NCBI GenBank assembly: GCA_051531975.1 | Contig: JAOPTT010000014.1 | Span: forward strand, 1-64,000 | DNA: 64,000 nt | From: Spirochaetaceae bacterium | GTDB lineage: Bacteria; Spirochaetota; Spirochaetia; DSM-2461 | Direction: 5' to 3' | Notes under the pieces: model-generated | Databases searched by the model: none | What the model saw: only the letters and a program-made list of their open reading frames with translations | Told to the model about the DNA's origin: nothing | Translations under genes and position numbers: made by a program | Shown: positions 56,810 to 64,000 of the stretch, piece by piece | Layout of the letters: the number at the start of each line of letters is the position of its first letter | Position numbering within the stretch: position 1 is the first letter of the stretch

Positions 56810-57309
56810 TGTTCGTCACCACATCCACAACCACATTCGTGATCATGTTCTTCTTGAGCTTCTTTTAACTCTTCAGCTGTAGCATCTCTAACTTCGATTA
56901 CTTTACATGTAAATTTAATGTCCATATCTACATATGGCCCATTGGCATCGATTGTTACTGTATCTTTACCAATAGCCATAATTTCCATCTCTTGAGGTTC
57001 ATCATAGTTATTCATAATAGATAGAGACATACCAACTTCAAAATCTGCTACATCTTCAAATTCTTCTTTTGGTACTGGTATAAATTGTTCCTTGTCTCTT
57101 TTACCATAAGCCTTTTCACATGGGATCTCACCATCGAATGTAAAACCTACTTCCTGCCCATCTAATATATCTTCCATTCCAGGAAGTGTCTGATCCATTC
57201 CATGTAAATAAGAAAAAGGCCCACTTTCTTTCGAGTTATCAATATTGATCTTATTACTATCTTTTAGAGAGTACTCAATTGTTACTAATTTATTATCTGT
57301 TATTTTCAT
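56806..57309 (-). CDS. slyD: FKBP-type peptidyl-prolyl isomerase with His/Cys-rich tail
   Basis: YLHG, AYG, VIEVRDATAEEL, HDHECGCGCGDEH. Confidence 0.88.
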   Translation of the reverse strand: MKITDNKLVTIEYSLKDSNKINIDNSKESGPFSYLHGMDQTLPGMEDILDGQEVGFTFDGEIPCEKAYGKRDKEQFIPVPKEEFEDVADFEVGMSLSIMNNYDEPQEMEIMAIGKDTVTIDANGPYVDMDIKFTCKVIEVRDATAEELKEAQEEHDHECGCGCGDEH

Positions 57310-57351
57310 GGGCTTATCTTATAGTTTTATTATGTAACATTCAATGTTCCC

Positions 57352-57376
57352 AAAGTTAAGAACCAGTAGATTTATA
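57352..57376. repeat. 25-bp direct repeat, copy 1 (att-like)
   Basis: AAAGTTAAGAACCAGTAGATTTATA, identical to 59680-59704. Confidence 0.9.
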
Positions 57377-57543
57377 TATTTTCAATGATATCTTAGAAAC
57401 GACCCTTCAATTTTAATAATAAATATTGAAAAACATCAGAATATAAAAACTTTTGAATTAAATAGACTCAAAAATATATGTCCAATAATCCCATATGATG
57501 TTATTATTAACATATTTAAATACATACATGAAAAGGATTTATA

Positions 57544-57804
57544 ATGACAATAGATGATATATTTATAAACTTTAACAAGAGGTTAATTATAAAATATGAT
57601 TCAAAAACATACAGTTCATTTTTGAATAAAAACCCTTTTGAAGAGATCGAAGATGATGGAAAATATTCATGTATACATGAATTAATTGAAGAAGGTTATT
57701 TAGAATTCATTTCACTGGATGTAAGAAATGCGATCTCTACAAAATATATTGTAAAATTATCCGATAAAGCTATAAATAAAATAAAAAGTTTATTAACTAA
57801 ATAA
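57544..57804 (+). CDS. Hypothetical protein
   Basis: 86-aa ORF with RBS AAGGA; no motif recognised. Confidence 0.55.
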   Translation: MTIDDIFINFNKRLIIKYDSKTYSSFLNKNPFEEIEDDGKYSCIHELIEEGYLEFISLDVRNAISTKYIVKLSDKAINKIKSLLTK

Positions 57805-57857
57805 CAATTTTTAGTAATTTCTCTATTAGTTCTTTCTCTGTCATAAATACATTATAA

Positions 57858-58730
57858 CTATTCGTTTAATAAATTAATAAATTCTAAAGTAATAGACTGC
57901 TTTAATTTAATACTTTCCATATATAGATTTAAATTTTCAGCATTTATCTCTTTTGGTTTTTTAAGAAATTTTCTAGTTTCAAGAGTAAGAACAGATACAC
58001 CATCATGGGAGCCTAATATAATATTTTTAATATCGTTTTTATTATAATATTTATTAACCAATGTAGTAAAAGGAACAAATATATTCTCTTTTCCAGAATA
58101 ATAATTATCGTAATAGATTTTAATACCACCATCTAATTCTAAAACTTTAAAATCCACCCCTTTAACTTTTGCCTTACCTTTTGTTCTAATCTGAAATGTT
58201 CCAGGAAAACCTTTATATACAGCTATTGCATTCCCTAAGAAGTATATAACCGATGAGTTATTAGATTGGGTAAAATATTTTAAACCAAAATAGATTGAGT
58301 ATTTGATATTATCACCTGCTAAACCACTTAACCCCATAGTAAAAGACTGTGTTGAGAAACGTGGGTAAAACGAAACTAGTTTATTAATATTCTCTGGTTT
58401 TTTCTTTGATATTATAGATAAAGGATTATCCCCTACATCCACCATCTCATAAAGAATATTTGGCACAATTTTGTTATAAAACCCAGAGTCTTTTATAACA
58501 TAAAAACCAATTAACAATACTAGAACAGATATTATAACCACGGTCAATAATACAATAAACATAACTACAAACAATTTTAAATATCCAACAAAAATAAGCA
58601 CAGTTAATGCGATAAGAATTGCTGATACTCTTAAAAGAATATACCTAAGTTTACCGTTTTTATCTTTGATATACCCGTTATATTCATTTCTTATTTTTTC
58701 AATTTTATATAAATCTATATCACTGTCCAT
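57858..58730 (-). CDS. Hypothetical membrane protein (two N-terminal TM helices)
   Basis: 290-aa ORF, hydrophobic residues ~30-78. Confidence 0.7.
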   Translation of the reverse strand: MDSDIDLYKIEKIRNEYNGYIKDKNGKLRYILLRVSAILIALTVLIFVGYLKLFVVMFIVLLTVVIISVLVLLIGFYVIKDSGFYNKIVPNILYEMVDVGDNPLSIISKKKPENINKLVSFYPRFSTQSFTMGLSGLAGDNIKYSIYFGLKYFTQSNNSSVIYFLGNAIAVYKGFPGTFQIRTKGKAKVKGVDFKVLELDGGIKIYYDNYYSGKENIFVPFTTLVNKYYNKNDIKNIILGSHDGVSVLTLETRKFLKKPKEINAENLNLYMESIKLKQSITLEFINLLNE

Positions 58731-58799
58731 AAACTAAATTTTGTATAAATTAATATAAATGTAAAGATTTATTTTTATTTATATTATAATTAAACTAAT

Positions 58800-59210
58800 A
58801 TGTTTATAGATTATCTGTTAGAACATAAGGATTTATTAATTCTCTTAACTTCTATCACCATTATTACATTTGTTGGTAGTCTTATCCTTATCCCCCTAAT
58901 TATTATCAACCTCTCTCCCGATTATTTCTCAGAGAAGGGACACTCTCTTTACGAATATAAACATCCGATTATCAGGTATACTGTTTTAATTGTAAAAAAC
59001 ATTTTTGGTTATATTCTATTAGTTCTTGGATTTATTATGTTATTTATCCCAGGCCAGGGACTATTATCCATTACTCTTGGAATATTTTTTATTAACTTCC
59101 CTGGTAAGAAAAAGTTAGAATATAAGGTATTATCCAATAAAAAAGTAAGCAGTGTTATTAATTCAATAAGAAGGAAAGCTGGTAAGGATGAGATAAATTT
59201 TATTAAATGA
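58800..59210 (+). CDS. PGPGW-like small membrane protein
   Basis: KNIFG..L..LG..ML.IPGQGLL.I..G....FPGK. Confidence 0.8.
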   Translation: MFIDYLLEHKDLLILLTSITIITFVGSLILIPLIIINLSPDYFSEKGHSLYEYKHPIIRYTVLIVKNIFGYILLVLGFIMLFIPGQGLLSITLGIFFINFPGKKKLEYKVLSNKKVSSVINSIRRKAGKDEINFIK

Positions 59211-59223
59211 AACGAAATTCATT

Positions 59224-59652
59224 TTATGGAAGTGGAGGTATCATTCTATATTTTTGTTTACTGCTATTTGGCTTTTCTGGGATTGTCATTTCAATAACAC
59301 CTAATTTTATTGCAGGTAAAAGATAATTGTAACGGAAAGTTGGGCGATGTTTTAAACTTAATTCATTCATCATATCTTTGGTAGACATTACCTTGTTTCC
59401 AAGAATACCGAGTAATTTTTCAACTTGTACGCTAACTTGTTCGGTATTTGATAATTCTATAATAGTTTCATAGATCGCTTTAAGTATAAACTCAACAAAA
59501 GGACCGGAATCAGATAACCTATCACAATCACCTAAAACTTTATAATACTCTTCCTGATTCTCTTTAATAACAGTCTCTATTGGCAACCATCCAAAAACCT
59601 TCTTCCACCTATATAACAACAGTGTTTGCCACATACGTCCCAGTCTACCCAA
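59224..59652 (-). pseudogene. 5'-truncated Fic family protein with C-terminal HTH
   Basis: Starts at GRLGRMWQTLLL (tail of Fic motif; HPFxDGN missing), QEEYY..L, MTIPEKPNSSKQKYR. Confidence 0.8.
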
Positions 59653-59679
59653 GTAATTATGAGTAGACCAGTATAGTTT

Positions 59680-59704
59680 AAAGTTAAGAACCAGTAGATT
59701 TATA
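59680..59704. repeat. 25-bp direct repeat, copy 2 (3' end of ABC-2 permease gene)
   Basis: Encodes YKSTGS* on minus strand; identical to 57352-57376. Confidence 0.9.
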
Positions 59705-60487
59705 CTTTGTTACTCCATATCTGAAAAATAGTACTGATAAACCTAAGAAACATAGGCATATTGGTAGACCTAAAGTTGTTAGAAGTTTAGCGGAGCTATA
59801 ATAGTCATCTGATACTTTGTTTAATATTAGAAGCACTGGGAAATATACTGTTATAGCTATTGGAACAATATAGGTGAAGAAGTTAGCAAACCACTTCTCG
59901 TAAATACTTAAGGGGTACTGCCCCATCTGTAAACCACCATATGTAAACGCGTTCATGAACTCAAGACCATCTATTGTCCAAAATGAAAATGTTGCCTGAA
60001 AAAGCAGAAGTGAAAAATAAAGGATAAATACATTTATACTACCTAGAAACATAAGAGAAAATTGCCAAACTGATGTTATATTAAGAATATTAATTGCATA
60101 AATAAATGGAATAAATCCTTGTAAAAACCTTCCTAAATTAGCAGCTTTAAACTCAGAACCAAGGACTAAAACAAAAATTGATCTTGGCCTTACTAATATC
60201 CTATCAAAGTTACCACTACGGATTAGTCCTCCAAACATATCAAAGCCCCTGGCAAAAGCTTCAATAACTGAAAAACCCATATGTAATAAGCCATATAATA
60301 GACAGATCTCTGGGAGAATCCAGCCTTCTATCATCTTAAACCGATCAAAAATAATGTATAACCCTACAACATCGATAAAAGAGGCAAAAAAACTTGCTAT
60401 AACAGACATTATAAAACTAACAGGATACTGCATTTGACTAGTTATCTTTGCTGTTGCTAACTTTATATAAAGTGTAGATTCCTTCAT
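59684..60487 (-). CDS. ABC-2 family permease (DUF990-like)
   Basis: G.FDRIL.RP, QYPLSIY, YKSTGS end; start ATG 60487 (RBS GGAGG). Confidence 0.88.
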   Translation of the reverse strand: MKESTLYIKLATAKITSQMQYPVSFIMSVIASFFASFIDVVGLYIIFDRFKMIEGWILPEICLLYGLLHMGFSVIEAFARGFDMFGGLIRSGNFDRILVRPRSIFVLVLGSEFKAANLGRFLQGFIPFIYAINILNITSVWQFSLMFLGSINVFILYFSLLLFQATFSFWTIDGLEFMNAFTYGGLQMGQYPLSIYEKWFANFFTYIVPIAITVYFPVLLILNKVSDDYYSSAKLLTTLGLPICLCFLGLSVLFFRYGVTKYKSTGS

Positions 60488-60488
60488 A

Positions 60489-61295
60489 TCAACCTCCCTG
60501 GACAGAAACATTTTGCAGTTTCTTCTCTAAAATAGAGTCATTTATTAGTGTGATTATACCGATCCAAACAATTTGAACTAACATAGCAGAAATAGATTCC
60601 TGAAAAGAATAGTTCCCTGTAATAACCCTAGAAGGAGTATCCATTAAACCTACAAATGGGGTATAAAAAAATATCCTCTGTAGAAATTCAGGAAACAGTG
60701 GAATTGGAAGTATTAAACCACTAAAAAACATCATTATAATTGGGAATAAAGAACCTATACCTGTAGGAGACATTAGGTAGATAGTTAAAATATTTAGGAA
60801 GTTATTTAAGGCACCACCTAAAAGCCATGCTAACAATAGTGTAAAAAATCCTAGAATAATTGTCTGTAAGTTAAGTATTACCACAAACTTATAAGGTACT
60901 GGTAATAAAGAGGCAACGATTACGATGGGGATACCTCTCATAAGTGGCATTAGACCTCTTCTAGCCAAAGAACGCATAAGCCAGGCATAACTCAACCTTA
61001 TTGGTCTAACCATCTCGTAAGCGATAGATCCCTCTCTTATCATAGCTGAGGTTTCAGGATCTGGTCTCCAAGCCATTAAAGTTAAAAGAATTTGAGTCAT
61101 CCAAACATAGGTTACAACCTGCTCTAAAGATATTGGTTGTTGACTAGTTGATCCCTTGTAAAATGCGATCATTACAAAGATTCTCATGAATCCAAAAGCA
61201 AACTGAGTAAAAACACCTGCCCATGCTCCAGCTCTATACTGTAGAGTCATTAACCCCTGGGTTTTAAGTATTAAAAGATACGCCCTCATGACCAT
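60489..61295 (-). CDS. ABC-2 family permease
   Basis: QYRA, IREGSIAYE.VRP, FFSG..LP..LFP, VQGG end. Confidence 0.88.
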   Translation of the reverse strand: MVMRAYLLILKTQGLMTLQYRAGAWAGVFTQFAFGFMRIFVMIAFYKGSTSQQPISLEQVVTYVWMTQILLTLMAWRPDPETSAMIREGSIAYEMVRPIRLSYAWLMRSLARRGLMPLMRGIPIVIVASLLPVPYKFVVILNLQTIILGFFTLLLAWLLGGALNNFLNILTIYLMSPTGIGSLFPIIMMFFSGLILPIPLFPEFLQRIFFYTPFVGLMDTPSRVITGNYSFQESISAMLVQIVWIGIITLINDSILEKKLQNVSVQGG

Positions 61296-62263
61296 TCACC
61301 ATATAGTCTTGCGATTATCTCCTCTATTGGTGGATTCTCTACTAGTAGATCTTTTATAGTTACATTGTCTGCTAGCCACTTAATTACATTTTGTGCAGGT
61401 ATTGTTTCAGGGTTAAACTCTAAAGTAATAACTCCCTTAGATTGGGATAAGATATCAACATGATCTAATGATGTTGTTATATACTCACCTTCATAATCTG
61501 CTATAATTCTTTTTTTATTATGTACCCTCTTTCTTAAATTTGATAAAGACCCATCAAATGCTAAAGTTCCATGGTCAATTACCATAACTCTAGAACATAA
61601 GGCCTCTATATCATCCATATCGTGGGTGGTTAAAATAACAGTTGTGCCGTGCTTCTGATTAAGTTCTTTAATAAATTCCCTTACTGTCTGTTTAGAAGTT
61701 GCATCTAAACCTATTGTTGGTTCGTCTAAAAATAGAATTTCTGGTAAGTGAAGAAGAGAAGCTACTAACTCGGCTCTCATTCTCTGCCCTAGGCTTAACT
61801 GCCTTACAGGTCTATTAATAAACTCATCAATTTTAAGACCTTTTACTAGCCACTCATACTGTTTATCATAAAGATCTTTTGGGATTTTATAGATAGCTTT
61901 TAGTAGTTCAAAGGAGTCATTCAGTGGAAGATCCCACCATAATTGTGATTTCTGACCAAATACAACACCTATTTTAGCTACGTATTGTCTCCTAGACTTA
62001 TGGGGAGTTAAACCACCTACAGTTATTTGACCCGAATCAGGAACTAAGATACCTGTTAACATTTTAATAGTTGTGGATTTACCTGCTCCATTTGGACCAA
62101 GATACCCTACTAATTCACCCTTTTTTATCTCGAAACTGAGATCTTTAATAGCTTGAACCTGGTTATAGGTTCTGTTAAAAAACTGTTTTACTGCTGCTTT
62201 AGCTCCAGGTTCACGTACCGGGACACTAAACTCTTTAACAAGATTAGATACTGAGATTTGCAT
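61286..62263 (-). CDS. ABC exporter ATP-binding protein
   Basis: GPNGAGKS, FGQKSQLWWDLP, LSLGQ, LFLDEPT. Confidence 0.94.
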   Translation of the reverse strand: MQISVSNLVKEFSVPVREPGAKAAVKQFFNRTYNQVQAIKDLSFEIKKGELVGYLGPNGAGKSTTIKMLTGILVPDSGQITVGGLTPHKSRRQYVAKIGVVFGQKSQLWWDLPLNDSFELLKAIYKIPKDLYDKQYEWLVKGLKIDEFINRPVRQLSLGQRMRAELVASLLHLPEILFLDEPTIGLDATSKQTVREFIKELNQKHGTTVILTTHDMDDIEALCSRVMVIDHGTLAFDGSLSNLRKRVHNKKRIIADYEGEYITTSLDHVDILSQSKGVITLEFNPETIPAQNVIKWLADNVTIKDLLVENPPIEEIIARLYGEWS

Positions 62264-62419
62264 ATTTTACCTATTGTAGTAACACTACGAAACGCTTCTT
62301 TATACAAAGTATAAAAGAATTAATTCTTGGCACTGTCCATTATAGAATTACCAAGGTCTTAATAAAAAATAGCATATTGTAATAATTTAAAATAGTAGAA
62401 TTTATAATTCTATACTAGT

Positions 62420-63037
62420 CTACTGCAGAGTTGCTCTGGCTAAACTCAGACCTAAAAGGACTAATACTCCACCAATGCTTCTTTCTATAATATGTTTAAC
62501 ATTAGTTATTCTATTTTTTAGCGAAACTGATGAGAAGACATAGGCTACTAGGGCAAACCAAATAAGGTGAGTTAATGACATAAACATTCCATAAAGAATT
62601 TTATAGATGAGTAGTGTCTCTGTATCAATTACTTGGGCAAATACTGAAACTATAAACAGAGTAGTTTTTGGGTTGAGAACATTGGTAAAAAAACCTAATT
62701 TGAATGCTTTTTTTGAACTAATACTATCTGAGATATTATCTTCAGTTTTTATGTCGACTTTTTTTGTAAGTATCATTTTGATACCCAGATATATTAAGTA
62801 AAGAGCTCCAATTACTTTTATTACATTAAATAGAATTATAGAGCTTGAAATAATAAGTCCAATGCCTAAAATCGAATAAGTAACATGTACAAGGACTCCT
62901 AAAGATATTCCTAATGATGTAAAAAAACCTATTTTTCTTGATATAGAGATGCTATTCCTTGTAACCATAGCAAAATCAGCACCTGGGCTAATAACCGCTA
63001 TAATTGTAATAGTGATAACTGCTAACATTTCATTCAT
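62420..63037 (-). CDS. LysE/RhtB family exporter
   Basis: ISPGADF, GALYLIYLG, TNVLNPK. Confidence 0.92.
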   Translation of the reverse strand: MNEMLAVITITIIAVISPGADFAMVTRNSISISRKIGFFTSLGISLGVLVHVTYSILGIGLIISSSIILFNVIKVIGALYLIYLGIKMILTKKVDIKTEDNISDSISSKKAFKLGFFTNVLNPKTTLFIVSVFAQVIDTETLLIYKILYGMFMSLTHLIWFALVAYVFSSVSLKNRITNVKHIIERSIGGVLVLLGLSLARATLQ

Positions 63038-63112
63038 TGTTAAATATCCTAAATAATTTTATCTGATATTAACTTGTTGGGGAATGTTTAACAATAAAAC
63101 CTTCCAATATTA

Positions 63113-63910
63113 TTAATCTTTTTTTACCATTAATTGTTTTTTATTAAAAATGATTAAAATGACAGCTAAAATCAGATAAAAAACTGATATGTATATAAGT
63201 AGAGGAAGAAGATCAATTATCACAATTTTCAGTAAAAAATTAAACCAGAAATGCATCCACATTGCTATCAGAATATTGTTACTTTTATTGTAATATAAAG
63301 TTATTACAACTGAAAATGAAACTACTGCCACCATGAATGCAATAATATAATACAACAATTCTAAACCAAAATACCCGGATAAAATCATTAACGGAAGATG
63401 CCACAAACCCCATATCACACCAACTATTAAGCCCGCTTTAAGTGGAATATATTTCTTCTGCAGAATATTTAACGCATATCCCCGCCATCCTAGTTCTTCA
63501 CCTAACGCTCCGCTTGTTAAATTCATGATAATTGCTGGAATAATAGCTGAAGAAGCAATAAAGGTTATTGAATCCAATGGTTTTTTGTTAATTACAAAAA
63601 AAGTTATTACGGCTAATACAATTACTAAAACTTGCAATAAAAATGATGATATAAACTGCCCTGGGTCTACTTTCTTCGTAAATTGAACCTTCAAATACTC
63701 TTTAAATGTGGTATTTGGGTATAGTTTTTTGAACATTATAAGGATAATAAATGTAGGAGTCCACGCACAGATATTTTTCATTATATTCTGGAATAACAGT
63801 GGTACATCCAAGGAGATAAGATACCCAGTCAAACCAAGTAATAACCAAAACATTACATAAGAAAGAATGAAGAATTTTTTCAAATACCTAACATCTTTTT
63901 TTTCTATCAT
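63113..63910 (-). CDS. CPBP/CAAX (Abi) intramembrane metalloprotease
   Basis: GEELGWRG, WGLWHLP, H..FN motifs. Confidence 0.92.
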   Translation of the reverse strand: MIEKKDVRYLKKFFILSYVMFWLLLGLTGYLISLDVPLLFQNIMKNICAWTPTFIILIMFKKLYPNTTFKEYLKVQFTKKVDPGQFISSFLLQVLVIVLAVITFFVINKKPLDSITFIASSAIIPAIIMNLTSGALGEELGWRGYALNILQKKYIPLKAGLIVGVIWGLWHLPLMILSGYFGLELLYYIIAFMVAVVSFSVVITLYYNKSNNILIAMWMHFWFNFLLKIVIIDLLPLLIYISVFYLILAVILIIFNKKQLMVKKD

Positions 63911-64000
63911 AAAACACTCCTTTTCAGCTATTTTATTCCAACTAAGGCTTTTATTTTTTTATAGTTCAACTACAGCTAAAAGTCAATTTATTAAAAATGT

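Overview
Low-GC bacterial chromosomal window. The 'AAGQKE'-type solute-binding-protein leader and the gene repertoire suggest a free-living anaerobic spirochaete (inference only). No rRNA, tRNA, CRISPR array or intact transposase is visible. 1-21 kb: carbohydrate/redox accessory genes (Rpn-family 3' remnant, decayed URO-D-like gene, SDR, LacI, flavoprotein, OYE, AraC, GH116, MFS-HEAT fusion, GH51, and a DeoR-linked YbiW-like glycyl-radical enzyme operon). 21-27 kb: a hot spot of TA modules, pseudogene scars and AAA/DUF4143-type ATPases. 27-44 kb: Gfo/Idh/MocA plus TIM-barrel isomerase operon, and an alpha-glucoside locus (stand-alone sucrose-kinase-like protein, GH13_18 phosphorylase, beta-PGM, AglEFG-like ABC, GH65, three LacI). 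44-64 kb: two orphan sensor kinases, S1 protein, MoxR-DUF58-transglutaminase, LysE/MocR, SlyD, a 2.3 kb islet bounded by a 25-bp direct repeat, ABC-2 exporter, LysE and CAAX protease. Most striking unexplained pattern: each of the three AAA/DUF4143 ATPase-nuclease genes is preceded by its own gene-specific array of 2-3 imperfect 22-24 bp palindromes placed at or next to its promoter.
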